The notes beneath the pieces were generated by a model. It did not search any database, was not told the DNA's origin, and saw only the letters and a list, made by a program, of their open reading frames with translations. Of a DNA stretch of 64,000 nucleotides, positions 1 through 8,668 are shown piece after piece. Origin of the DNA: a virus. Where the stretch lies: positions 8,667 to 72,666 of IMG/VR virus record IMGVR_UViG_3300047546_001437. One strand, given 5' to 3'. A program made the translations under genes and the position numbers. The stretch's first letter is position 1, and every line of letters starts with the position of its first letter.

Positions 1-1
1 T

Positions 2-370
2 GGCAAGGGTAGTGGAACAACAGAACTTTATATACCAAAAAACTCAGTAGGGTTATGGAATTCTGAGTCTAGAACACTAAATTTTAGAGGTTTAAAAGAA
101 GGTGCTCAGGTTTTTATAACGTATAACTTTGATATAACTACATTTAATAATAATACAGAGGTTTGGATAAGAACCCTGCTTTCTGGGGCAGATAGAGATA
201 TTTCTCAGTTTGTAGCATCTTTAAAGTACCAGTATGATTACAGCATAAATGTTACACAGAATTTCTTTATAGAAAATGAGAAGATGAGATTCAGTCCAGG
301 CATACCACAAATAAGAACAGACTACGACGGTATAGTAAAAATGAATTCTATACACGTTGCTGTGCTATAA
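2..370 (+). CDS. 3' end of a hypothetical (probably virion) protein, truncated by window edge
   Basis: Open frame from base 2 (GKGSGTTELYIPKNSVGLW...MNSIHVAVL) to TAA at 368-370; absent from ORF track because it has no start. Confidence 0.75.
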   Translation, partial: GKGSGTTELYIPKNSVGLWNSESRTLNFRGLKEGAQVFITYNFDITTFNNNTEVWIRTLLSGADRDISQFVASLKYQYDYSINVTQNFFIENEKMRFSPGIPQIRTDYDGIVKMNSIHVAVL

Positions 371-371
371 T
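363..371 (+). promoter_or_regulatory. Extended -10 promoter (TGCTATAAT)
   Basis: TGnTATAAT followed by SD AGGAGG and ATG 387; same motif recurs before many genes. Confidence 0.65.
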
Positions 372-386
372 TGAGCAGGAGGAACT

Positions 387-812
387 ATGGCATTTCCAGG
401 TACATTCGATATTAAATATTATAAGGGCGACACCTATCAGTTTAGGATTTATCCAAAAGATACTGCTGGTAATGCTTTTGATCTATCTGATTACAGATAC
501 TTATATGATCATGACTCTAATCCATCTACCCCAAATATTCAGTTTGATACAGCAATCTTTGCTTTTGCCGAAACAAGAGGTGGAGATTCTGCTCCTGGAT
601 ATCATAAGTGTTTGGCAAAAATTTCTGATAATGCACAATATGTAACTTGTACAATTAGGCCTGGAGATGCAGCATATTTAGATCCAACAAAAACCTATGT
701 TTACGATGTTCAGGTAAGAAAACCAGGTGCTGATTTTGATACAGTATTAACCCTATTAACTGGAACAATAACTATTACAGATCAAGTAACAAGTTCGTTA
801 GGAACCCCATAA
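387..812 (+). CDS. Virion/baseplate protein, BppU-N-like Ig fold (paralog of 7547..7951)
   Basis: SD AGGAGG; 'KGDTYQFRIY...YVYDVQV...TGTITITDQVT' parallels 'RGDTASFRVY...IFDIQL...QGKMTILEDVT'. Confidence 0.6.
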   Translation: MAFPGTFDIKYYKGDTYQFRIYPKDTAGNAFDLSDYRYLYDHDSNPSTPNIQFDTAIFAFAETRGGDSAPGYHKCLAKISDNAQYVTCTIRPGDAAYLDPTKTYVYDVQVRKPGADFDTVLTLLTGTITITDQVTSSLGTP

Positions 813-813
813 T

Positions 814-1401
814 ATGGCAGAGGTTGTATTATCTACAGACGACCTCTTAGTTCTTGGAGGACCAGAGACAGTAAATGTTGAAGTTGATTATGGTCCAAAA
901 GGTGATCGTGGAAGTTTATTTTTTGCTGGTAATGGAGAGCCAGGTCCTTTAACATTACCATCTTCAGTAGAGACAAAGGTTTTTGATTTTTATTTAAATA
1001 CACAGCAATCACATACTAATTTTGCAAGCATATATCAATTGTTGACTATTCCTGGAACTGGAACACAATGGCAAAAAATAATGTCTCTATTGCCAAATGT
1101 ATATGCTGTTAATAAAGAGTCAATGAGTTTTGTTAATGGATCAGTAGGTCCAATAGTTATTCCTCTGATTAATCTTATACCGTCCGATATGGTTGGATCT
1201 GTAACTGCAGAAAACTTTAATATTCAATATTCTATTAGTGGAACTAATCCTATTGCATCTTCTTTATCTGTAGGCGCCATCGGCGGAGGAGTTGGGACAG
1301 AGTCTCTTCCAATTACAATTTATGCAAAAGAACTTGTTGGAGGGGAATGGGTAAGTCCTTCTGGTGCTAGAACAATACATTTATTCATTTCTATGGTATA
1401 A
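814..1401 (+). CDS. Putative virion structural protein (short collagen-like GPKGDRG)
   Basis: Coupled to upstream gene; beta-rich composition; tail accessory context. Confidence 0.55.
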   Translation: MAEVVLSTDDLLVLGGPETVNVEVDYGPKGDRGSLFFAGNGEPGPLTLPSSVETKVFDFYLNTQQSHTNFASIYQLLTIPGTGTQWQKIMSLLPNVYAVNKESMSFVNGSVGPIVIPLINLIPSDMVGSVTAENFNIQYSISGTNPIASSLSVGAIGGGVGTESLPITIYAKELVGGEWVSPSGARTIHLFISMV

Positions 1402-1402
1402 T
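1394..1402 (+). promoter_or_regulatory. Extended -10 promoter (TGGTATAAT)
   Basis: Perfect TGnTATAAT overlapping the upstream stop, 18 nt before ATG 1421. Confidence 0.65.
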
Positions 1403-1420
1403 CGAAGATGGTGACCCATA

Positions 1421-2716
1421 ATGGCTGAAGACATTGGTAATATTTACAAGACGAAGATCCCATCTTATGCTGAGGCAGCAGATATACAAGCAGCCCTAAA
1501 ATTATTTCATTATGGAACAACAACAGTACCAACCACAGAGGGTGAAATTCTTGCAGATTCTTTGGCTGGACATTTAAAAGCATTAGATACCAGACTTGAC
1601 ACAATAGAATCAGATCCAGCACGTTCAGACTTCCTGACTCAGGCTGAAATGGCAGTATCTTTTCCTACAAGAGTTAATGGATATATTTCAATGGATCCAA
1701 ACTCAAATGGCGGATCTGTCGAAGAACTTTATGCATCAGCAATTTATTCTAATGAACCACCAACAGTTGGATTGGTCAATGGTTTAATTTGGGTAGATAA
1801 AGATTCTCCTGCATTAGATACATATGTTTATGACTCTACATCAACACCGTCTCCTTGGGTACGAATTAATGATATTAAAAAAATTGTTCAGTCTAAGGGA
1901 GACTTGTTGGTAGGAAGCACAAGCGCAGATGTTGACAATCTGTCAGTTGGTGCTAATGGAACAGTTCTTACTGCAGATGACACACAAACACTTGGAGTTA
2001 AATGGCAAGCGGTATCAACATATTCGCAACCAACTCTTGGATCAACAGCAATTCCTTCTGGATCAACAATAAGTAATGTTAATGGTTTAACAATTAACTC
2101 TACTACTATTCCAACATCTAAAACTTTAGTTGCTACAGATTCTTATGCATACGTTATTCCATCTATGTCTGGTAACTCAGGAAAGTATTTGACAAATAAT
2201 GGAGATACACCTTCATGGGCAACCCTTCCAACATCTGGGGGAATGACATTATTGGCAAGCGGAACATTAACTGGTGCTAGTATTTCTATTGATTCGATTA
2301 GTGGGTCGTATCAAGATTTGCGATTGATTGTTCGTAACTTTAGACCTGCTACAGACGGCGCAGCGCTTAATGGAAGGGTAAATAACGATTCTTCTGCTAT
2401 CTATGGTAATAGGACTGGAGTTGCTGAATCAGATAACAGTTTTAGCAATACATCTTGGAATAATTTAAGTTATAATCAAGATAATGGATCAAGCACAAGT
2501 TTAATACGTTTAACATTTATTGATTATGCTAATACTACAACATTAAAGGTTGCAGAACTTTATTCAGTAACAAATAATGAAACAACACCAACAAATATAA
2601 ACTATACAACAGGTATTGCAATTGCCAGAACTACAAGCGCTATTTCTTCAATACAACTATTTCCTAGTAGCGGTAATTTTACTTCTGGTAATTATTACCT
2701 TTATGGAGTCAAATAA
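1421..2716 (+). CDS. Tail fibre / receptor-binding protein
   Basis: Fibre-type motifs (GLIWVD, KGDLLVG...VGANGTVLTAD, GNSGKYLTNNG..SW) and a C-terminal beta domain ending 'SIQLF..GNF..G.YYLYGVK'. Confidence 0.65.
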   Translation: MAEDIGNIYKTKIPSYAEAADIQAALKLFHYGTTTVPTTEGEILADSLAGHLKALDTRLDTIESDPARSDFLTQAEMAVSFPTRVNGYISMDPNSNGGSVEELYASAIYSNEPPTVGLVNGLIWVDKDSPALDTYVYDSTSTPSPWVRINDIKKIVQSKGDLLVGSTSADVDNLSVGANGTVLTADDTQTLGVKWQAVSTYSQPTLGSTAIPSGSTISNVNGLTINSTTIPTSKTLVATDSYAYVIPSMSGNSGKYLTNNGDTPSWATLPTSGGMTLLASGTLTGASISIDSISGSYQDLRLIVRNFRPATDGAALNGRVNNDSSAIYGNRTGVAESDNSFSNTSWNNLSYNQDNGSSTSLIRLTFIDYANTTTLKVAELYSVTNNETTPTNINYTTGIAIARTTSAISSIQLFPSSGNFTSGNYYLYGVK

Positions 2717-4953
2717 TGTCAACAGTTAGTTCATCAAGCAAAGTAGCATACATGTATGACGCAGCGTCAGATACTTGGTATGCAGTTGCTGGTGTTGCTA
2801 ACACAAATGTCCCATACTCTTGGACTCAAACACATACATTTGGTTCTGTAGTTACAGCAAATGATGTTATTCGTGCTAAGGCTGGTGTAAATAGATTCCA
2901 AAATCCTGCTGCTAGAGATGCAGTTATAACATCTCCACAAGAAGGAACTGTATGCTATGTTGAACAAACAAATGGCGGAACAGATATTAAAGAGATTCAA
3001 TGTTATGTAAATGGAAGTTGGAGAGGACTAACCAATACCGCTTTATTTGTTGAAAAAGTTTCAAATCATACACTAAATATATCTGATCCAGGGAAAACAG
3101 TATTAATGAATTCAGGAACAAGTGTTAATGTTACAGTTCCTTCAAATACTGATGTTCAATTTGCTATAGGACACACGATTAAAGTAGTTGCTATGGGTGC
3201 TGGTACTGTAAATTTTGTTGAAGGTTCTGGAGTAACAATATTAAGTAAAAACTCTAGTAAAACAATTGCCTATAGATACGGAGAAGCAGAATTAAAGAAA
3301 ACTGGAACAAACACTTGGCTACTTACTGGAGATTTAATTACTGGTGGAGGATTACTTTCTACTTTTAGTGTTACTTATGATTGTGATGGTGGAAGCAACT
3401 GTCCAGCAAACTCAAGTCACGCAAGCCCATATACAATACCATCAACTATTCCTGTAAAATCTGGATACCAGTTCCTTGGTTATGAAGTATCAGCAGCACC
3501 TGGAGCACTTTGTGTATTCCCATCAGTAGTTCCAAATGCACAGCCAGGACATACTATTAATTGTGAGTCTAACCTAACCATTAAGGCAGTCTGGACACCA
3601 TTACATACAGACCCACCATCAACTACCCAGGCAACTACCCAGGCAACTACCCAGGCAACTACCCAGGCAACTACCCAGGCAACTACCCAGGCAACTACCC
3701 AGGCAACTACCCAGGCAACTACCCAGGGTACAACAGAAGGAACTACACAGGGTACTACTCAAGGCACTACTGCATCAACAACCACCACTAGCGGTGGAGG
3801 ACAGGTAGTTTGTGGCGACTGTGAGGCATATACTGTTGAACAGCCTACCTGTAATGGAGAAGATGTTTATGTTGGTATTTATACTGGAACAAGAAAACTA
3901 TGTTCTGATGGATCATATCAGATTTGTACACAGCCAACACTTACTTCGTGGGGAGCATGCGTTGCAACAAATGTAAGTTCTTGTGGCGGTTCTGGTGGAT
4001 CTGGATCTCCATGCATAGCAACAACAACCACAACTGCTGGTCCGTACAACCCACCTACTGAGGCAACAACAACCACAACTGCTGGTCCGTACAACCCACC
4101 TACTGAGGCAACAACAACCACAACTAGTGGATATGGGGCACCAACAAGTGCAACCACCACAACAACACAAAATTGTACGCCAGTTCAAACTACTAATGAA
4201 GTAAGAGTATGTAATGGAACTCCAACATCTGTTGTAATGTATGTAAACCCATGTACAGGTGCTGAATCGTGGACATGTCCAGAAACCACAACCACAACTG
4301 CGGCTCCTTACAACCCACCTGCTCAAGTAACTACAACTACAACAGCAGCACCAGTAGCAACTACAACTACAACAGCAGCACCGACAATTACAACAACACA
4401 AAATTGTACGCCAGTTGCAACAAATAATGAGGTTAGAACCTGTAATGGTGTACCAACAAGTGTTGTAATTTATGTAAACCCATGTACAGGTGCAGAATCA
4501 TGGAATTGTCCACCTGCTGCAACTACAACTGCTGCACCAGCAGTAACTACAACTGCTGCACCATATAATCCACCTGTTCAAGCAACAACAACTGCTGCAC
4601 CAACAGTAACTACAACTGCTGCTTCAACTGTAACTACAACAGCAGCATCAGGTGGCGGTGGATGTGTAAGTTATGCTGATTTTGCTTGTGGATGGGATTG
4701 GAGCGGTCAATATGACTGTGCTGGTAACTGTGTAGGAGTTAATCCACAACCTACAACAACAGAAGCATCATCTGGCTCAGGAGGCACTGGCTCAGGAGGC
4801 ACTGGCTCAGGAGGCACTGGATCAGGAGGCACTGGCTCAGGCGGATCCAATACAACTGAGGCTACACAAGGTACAACTGCAGCAGATCCATGTTCACAAT
4901 GCTCATCATGTGAATATTGCTATGCTGGGGCATGCTGGAGTGATGGCTGTTAG
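2716..4953 (+). CDS. Mucin-like tail-associated protein: fibre adaptor domain + InlB B-repeat-like domain + Thr-rich repeats interspersed with small Cys-rich domains
   Basis: 'VTYDCDGG...P.KSGYQFLGY...LTIKAVW' resembles an InlB B-repeat; TTQA, TTTTTA and GSGGT tracts; many Cys in C-terminal half; coupled (TAATG) to upstream fibre gene. Confidence 0.7.
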   Translation: MSTVSSSSKVAYMYDAASDTWYAVAGVANTNVPYSWTQTHTFGSVVTANDVIRAKAGVNRFQNPAARDAVITSPQEGTVCYVEQTNGGTDIKEIQCYVNGSWRGLTNTALFVEKVSNHTLNISDPGKTVLMNSGTSVNVTVPSNTDVQFAIGHTIKVVAMGAGTVNFVEGSGVTILSKNSSKTIAYRYGEAELKKTGTNTWLLTGDLITGGGLLSTFSVTYDCDGGSNCPANSSHASPYTIPSTIPVKSGYQFLGYEVSAAPGALCVFPSVVPNAQPGHTINCESNLTIKAVWTPLHTDPPSTTQATTQATTQATTQATTQATTQATTQATTQATTQGTTEGTTQGTTQGTTASTTTTSGGGQVVCGDCEAYTVEQPTCNGEDVYVGIYTGTRKLCSDGSYQICTQPTLTSWGACVATNVSSCGGSGGSGSPCIATTTTTAGPYNPPTEATTTTTAGPYNPPTEATTTTTSGYGAPTSATTTTTQNCTPVQTTNEVRVCNGTPTSVVMYVNPCTGAESWTCPETTTTTAAPYNPPAQVTTTTTAAPVATTTTTAAPTITTTQNCTPVATNNEVRTCNGVPTSVVIYVNPCTGAESWNCPPAATTTAAPAVTTTAAPYNPPVQATTTAAPTVTTTAASTVTTTAASGGGGCVSYADFACGWDWSGQYDCAGNCVGVNPQPTTTEASSGSGGTGSGGTGSGGTGSGGTGSGGSNTTEATQGTTAADPCSQCSSCEYCYAGACWSDGC
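3622..3729 (+). repeat. Perfect 12-bp tandem repeat ACTACCCAGGCA x8 plus one variant (TTQA)
   Basis: Read directly from sequence. Confidence 0.95.
4018..4125 (+). repeat. 45-bp tandem repeat x2 plus partial (ATTTTTAGPYNPPTE)
   Basis: Read directly from sequence. Confidence 0.9.
4159..4512 (+). repeat. Duplicated 4-Cys mini-domain (TTTQNCTPV..NEVR.CNG.PTSVV.YVNPCTGAESW.CP), two copies
   Basis: Copies at about 4159-4280 and 4390-4512. Confidence 0.85.
4774..4845 (+). repeat. 15-bp tandem repeat GGCTCAGGAGGCACT x4 plus partial (GSGGT linker)
   Basis: Read directly from sequence. Confidence 0.9.
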
Positions 4954-4959
4954 TTGATA

Positions 4960-4968
4960 TGATATACT
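4960..4968 (+). promoter_or_regulatory. Extended -10 promoter (TGATATACT)
   Basis: TGnTAnnnT upstream of SD AAGGAG and ATG 4987. Confidence 0.55.
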
Positions 4969-4986
4969 TTATAAAAAGGAGAAAAA

Positions 4987-5193
4987 ATGTCTAAATTTAA
5001 ATTTGCTATTGTTGTAGGAAATGATGTGGCTGGAACTGTTGCTTTACAACAGGGCATAGATAGTACATTGGATGCTATTATTGCTGCCTATCAATCAGAT
5101 CCAAAAATTATTCCAATCACAGATGATAATATTAATTTTGGATGGACTTACGACGGCACTAACTTTTTCCCACCACTACCACCACAAGGATAA
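4987..5193 (+). CDS. Small hypothetical protein (C-terminal GWTYDGTNF motif typical of tail-fibre-associated small proteins)
   Basis: Good SD; position after a fibre gene. Confidence 0.6.
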   Translation: MSKFKFAIVVGNDVAGTVALQQGIDSTLDAIIAAYQSDPKIIPITDDNINFGWTYDGTNFFPPLPPQG

Positions 5194-5196
5194 TAA

Positions 5197-5433
5197 ATGT
5201 CAGAGTTGTCTGCTTGGCAAAAATACAAGCAAAATCTTGGCGAAACTCGTCCATGGGATTTGCTAAATCCAAATACACAATACGTTTCTGAGTATGAAAG
5301 TGACAAAAGATTTTCTATTTGTCAGGGGTGTCCAGAATTAATTGCACTTACAACTCAGTGCAAAAAATGTGGATGCATTATGAAATTAAAAACAAAACTA
5401 GAAAAGGCAACATGTCCATTAGGAAAATGGTAG
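5197..5433 (+). CDS. Small Cys-rich metal-binding protein (DUF6171-like)
   Basis: R..ICxxC...QCxxCGC...K......CPLGKW pattern. Confidence 0.6.
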   Translation: MSELSAWQKYKQNLGETRPWDLLNPNTQYVSEYESDKRFSICQGCPELIALTTQCKKCGCIMKLKTKLEKATCPLGKW

Positions 5434-5448
5434 ATATAATCAATAATT

Positions 5449-6330
5449 ATGGACAAAATATTTGTATCTATTGCATCTTATAGAGATCAAGAATTACTAG
5501 ATACTGTTTTTTCTATTTTAAAACAAGCAAAAAATCCAGAAAGACTATTTTTATCAATATTTTCTCAGGATGACAATCACCCAAATTTAGAACACTTGTT
5601 TGAGTTGTTTAACGTGAAACATTATGTTTATAAAAAAATACATTATAGCGATGCTCGTGGTGTTGGTTATGCTAGAGCAGAAACCCAAAAACCTTTAAAT
5701 AATTCTTATAAATATTATTTACAAGTAGACAGTCATACACAGTTTATTGAACACTGGGATGAAAAAATCGTAGATCATTACGAAAAGGCTATAGGGTATT
5801 GGGGAGACCTGATCTTTACAGCCTATCCAGGCACCTATGAGTACACAGAAACAGGCAACCTAAAGTTTGCTACCGTTCTTGTTCCAACATGCCTTAGAAT
5901 CCAACCTGCGACTGAAAACAGCCCAATCAGGTTTGAACCAAAATATAAGGACTATGTTGGCGGAGACATAGGTGAGTTTCATGGATATTTTTGTGCTGGT
6001 TTGGCTTTTGGATACTCTGAACATTTTTTAAAAGTTCCGTATGATGATCAAATTTATTTCAATGGAGAAGAGCAAACACTAGCAATAAGATTTTATTGTA
6101 ATGACATTAAATTGGTTGCTCCACCATACAATTATTGTTTTCATCATTATACTGGTAAAAAACGCATAAGACATTGGGAGCAAAGTGAAACCTGGAAAAA
6201 ATATGATGAAATTGGTACAAAAAGATTAAATGATTTTTACGAATATAAACTAGATGCCACATACGGTATTTCCAATAAAGAAAAGTACCATATGTGGCAA
6301 TCTTGTTTTGTAACTCCTAGAGTTACTTAG
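5449..6330 (+). CDS. GlcNAc transferase, GT60/PF11397-like (Gnt1/TcOGNT-type polypeptide or hydroxyproline alpha-GlcNAc transferase)
   Basis: 'IFVSIASYRD', 'RGVGYAR', 'LQVDSHTQF..HWD', 'VPYD..IYFNGEE..LAIR', 'FHHY' match the GT60 signature as I recall it. Confidence 0.8.
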   Translation: MDKIFVSIASYRDQELLDTVFSILKQAKNPERLFLSIFSQDDNHPNLEHLFELFNVKHYVYKKIHYSDARGVGYARAETQKPLNNSYKYYLQVDSHTQFIEHWDEKIVDHYEKAIGYWGDLIFTAYPGTYEYTETGNLKFATVLVPTCLRIQPATENSPIRFEPKYKDYVGGDIGEFHGYFCAGLAFGYSEHFLKVPYDDQIYFNGEEQTLAIRFYCNDIKLVAPPYNYCFHHYTGKKRIRHWEQSETWKKYDEIGTKRLNDFYEYKLDATYGISNKEKYHMWQSCFVTPRVT

Positions 6331-6883
6331 GGAATTTTTCCATCCACTGTTTTGTTCTTTGGGTTAGACCCTTCCAAGAACTCCAGTCCTGTCCTCCATT
6401 GGACATATGATATGCAATTTCTGCATTTATTACTGGATTAAATAAGTCTGCATTATGGTCTAACTCAAATTTGTCACGACGATCTAGACCAAGAACACCA
6501 AGCATATTAATCTGAAAGATACCATACGAACTGTCACCAGTTGAGATATTTCCGTTAAATGCTAGTGGACGACCATTACTTTCTTTTTTAGCAACAGCCC
6601 ATGCCTCCTTTAGATTTTGACCTTCAAAGCCCACTAACTTCAGTAGATTTTTTAGGTCTTTGTCAGATAGAGATGTAGCGTTTTGATATTTTTCTAACTG
6701 ATCTTCTTTAGCCTTAGAAACGACTTTGGCCACTTCCGTGGCCTCTATTGTTTCTGTCAGCACGACACTAGTGCCGTCTAATCGGTTTTCAGAAGCATTA
6801 GCAGCGTTTGACCAAACGGCAAACATTGCCAATATGCTGAGTGTACCAATGATTTGCCTGTTATTATTCATAAAGTTAATCAT
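6323..6883 (-). CDS. Secreted lytic transglycosylase / lysozyme-like (SLT, Rpf-related) protein
   Basis: SD AAGGAGG before ATG 6883; N-terminal hydrophobic signal ending ANA; catalytic 'KKESNG', 'SYGIFQIN', 'LFNPVINA', 'WSSW'. Confidence 0.8.
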   Translation of the reverse strand: MINFMNNNRQIIGTLSILAMFAVWSNAANASENRLDGTSVVLTETIEATEVAKVVSKAKEDQLEKYQNATSLSDKDLKNLLKLVGFEGQNLKEAWAVAKKESNGRPLAFNGNISTGDSSYGIFQINMLGVLGLDRRDKFELDHNADLFNPVINAEIAYHMSNGGQDWSSWKGLTQRTKQWMEKFPK

Positions 6884-6937
6884 AGTTTCCTCCTTAGAAA
6901 CGAATGACACCTTTTTAGGGGTGCCATGTTACTTCTT

Positions 6938-6967
6938 AGTATAACATAAATTTATTCTTATTGTCAA
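6938..6967 (-). promoter_or_regulatory. Sigma-A-type promoter for the SLT gene: TTGACA-N18-TATACT with TG extension
   Basis: Reverse complement of AGTATA (6938-43) and TGTCAA (6962-67); back-to-back with the + strand promoter at 6979. Confidence 0.7.
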
Positions 6968-6978
6968 ATACCTAAAAG

Positions 6979-6987
6979 TGGTATAAT
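6979..6987 (+). promoter_or_regulatory. Extended -10 promoter, probably leaderless (TGGTATAAT, 8 nt before ATG)
   Basis: No SD between motif and ATG 6996. Confidence 0.7.
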
Positions 6988-6995
6988 AAAACCAT

Positions 6996-7526
6996 ATGGC
7001 AACAGGAAATACAAATGATGGGGTATTTAATTTACCCTTTCCAATAGCAGAAGATCCAGTAAATGTACACGGAGATATTGAGCAGTTAGCAGATAGATTA
7101 CGTGTTGTTTTACCACCGCTTGGCATTTCTGCTTTTCAGATGAATGTTAAAAATGTGAGCGGTATCACATTAGAGGCAAGAACTCCCGTATATGTAACAA
7201 CCTCAGTTAATGGTGTTACACATGTCACAAAAGCAACATCATCAACAACTCAACCTATTCTTGGATTATTAAAAGAGACATTAGATAATAATGAAGAAGG
7301 TTTGGTAATTGTTGCTGGTGTTTTAGATAATATTAATACAAGTGATTTATCTCCAGCAGGTGCTGTTGTTTATGTTGGTACAACTGGAGGATTAACAACT
7401 ACTAGACCATCAACAGGTTCTGGGGCAGTTGGAATTGTTGCAAATGTATCTCCAACAGCAGGAATTATAATTGTTGAGGCTAAAGGCAACGGTACCTGGG
7501 GAGCACTCAGAGACGGTTTAGCCTAA
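6996..7526 (+). CDS. Putative virion structural/decoration protein
   Basis: Gly/Val/Thr-rich beta composition ('G..VYV...GGLTTTRP'); structural context. Confidence 0.55.
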   Translation: MATGNTNDGVFNLPFPIAEDPVNVHGDIEQLADRLRVVLPPLGISAFQMNVKNVSGITLEARTPVYVTTSVNGVTHVTKATSSTTQPILGLLKETLDNNEEGLVIVAGVLDNINTSDLSPAGAVVYVGTTGGLTTTRPSTGSGAVGIVANVSPTAGIIIVEAKGNGTWGALRDGLA

Positions 7527-7529
7527 TTG

Positions 7530-7538
7530 TGGTATAAT
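7530..7538 (+). promoter_or_regulatory. Extended -10 promoter, probably leaderless (TGGTATAAT, 8 nt before ATG)
   Basis: No SD before ATG 7547. Confidence 0.7.
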
Positions 7539-7546
7539 CTAATATT

Positions 7547-7951
7547 ATGGCAACACTGCGTGGATCTGCTTCTTATTACGATGTAGGAAATAAACCTCCA
7601 ACAGTTTCTTGGACGGTTGTGCGTGGTGATACAGCATCATTTAGAGTCTATGTAACAGATGACGAAAAACAACCCTTAAACATTCCTGACTGGACTATCG
7701 ATATGAAAATTAAACGTCCAAACAATTCATCAGATCTTGGGGTAATTACAGATAATGCAACATTAATACTATCATTAAATCCAGCAGCAGATGCAGATGA
7801 CCTACCAGGCGAATTTACAGTGTCTTTATTATCATCAGAATCACAAATACTTGAAACAGGAGATATCTTTGATATACAGTTGTCAAACGCAGCATATGTT
7901 TGGACAGTGGCTCAGGGTAAGATGACGATTCTTGAAGATGTAACAGATTAA
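7547..7951 (+). CDS. Virion/baseplate protein, BppU-N-like (paralog of 387..812)
   Basis: Shared pattern with 387..812. Confidence 0.55.
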   Translation: MATLRGSASYYDVGNKPPTVSWTVVRGDTASFRVYVTDDEKQPLNIPDWTIDMKIKRPNNSSDLGVITDNATLILSLNPAADADDLPGEFTVSLLSSESQILETGDIFDIQLSNAAYVWTVAQGKMTILEDVTD

Positions 7952-8175
7952 TGGCATCAGCAAAAATATTAGATAAAAATAATAATAAACTCAAGGCAAT
8001 CAATGCAGTATCTTATGCAATAATTAATGTAGCAAATGACACTAGAACAGTAAAAATTAACGAGGTACTGCCATTTAGAGTCAAGTTTACAAATATAGGA
8101 ATTGAAGGATATAACAGGTTAAATCCAGCAGGTATTGGAATCGCAGTAATTGGTTTCAATAACTATATTCTTTAA
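7951..8175 (+). CDS. Small hypothetical virion protein
   Basis: TAATG coupling; C-terminal 'PAGIGIAVIG.NNYIL'. Confidence 0.6.
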   Translation: MASAKILDKNNNKLKAINAVSYAIINVANDTRTVKINEVLPFRVKFTNIGIEGYNRLNPAGIGIAVIGFNNYIL

Positions 8176-8190
8176 TAATACAAAAATGGA

Positions 8191-8199
8191 GGTTATAAT
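8191..8199 (+). promoter_or_regulatory. -10 promoter, probably leaderless (GGTTATAAT, 6 nt before ATG)
   Basis: TATAAT 8194-8199, ATG 8206. Confidence 0.55.
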
Positions 8200-8205
8200 A
8201 TAGCC

Positions 8206-8652
8206 ATGGCAAAAATAACAATCCCTGCCGTTAAAGCAAAGTTCAGAACAGGTGATCGTCCTACACAGGAAGATTACGAAGATTTAATTGACACCCTTGC
8301 AGGTGCTGGAAATGATCTTGGCTCATCTGGTAATAATGAAAACACAATCTCTGGCATTGAAAATGTTACAGTGATAGATAATTTTGACGCCACACAATGG
8401 CGTATGGTTAAGTACTTGGTCTCCATAGCAAAAACAACTGCTGGAGATAACAAGTTTTATGCAACAGAGTTGACCATACTTGTAGACGGTACAAATGTAA
8501 ACGTCTCTGAGTATGGCACTATAGACAATGATGGGAATATTGGCACCATTAGCGTCTCACGGACTGGAAATACCGTGGCTTTAACAGTCACTCCAGATCC
8601 TGCAATTAAGCCAGTCACAGTTCGTTATGCACGAATTGGACTTAAGGCATAA
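8206..8652 (+). CDS. Virion protein sharing a C-terminal beta domain with 8669..10450
   Basis: 'F.TGDRPTQEDY.DLID' N-terminus; 'WRMVKYLVSI...VSEYGTI...IGTISVS' resembles 'YRSAEFLVKI...VTEYAMV...LGSVSAD'. Confidence 0.6.
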   Translation: MAKITIPAVKAKFRTGDRPTQEDYEDLIDTLAGAGNDLGSSGNNENTISGIENVTVIDNFDATQWRMVKYLVSIAKTTAGDNKFYATELTILVDGTNVNVSEYGTIDNDGNIGTISVSRTGNTVALTVTPDPAIKPVTVRYARIGLKA

Positions 8653-8668
8653 ATAAGGAGATAAAAAT

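Noticed and set aside
3913-4401. Cys-rich minus-strand ORFs (also 13322..13591) and Gln-rich alternative-frame ORFs at 9141-9941
   Set aside because: Artefacts of ACA/GCA codon repeats in the real + strand genes; no SD or promoter
6884-6935. c-di-AMP (ydaO) riboswitch upstream of the Rpf-like gene
   Set aside because: The leader is only about 50 nt with one hairpin, far too short for that aptamer
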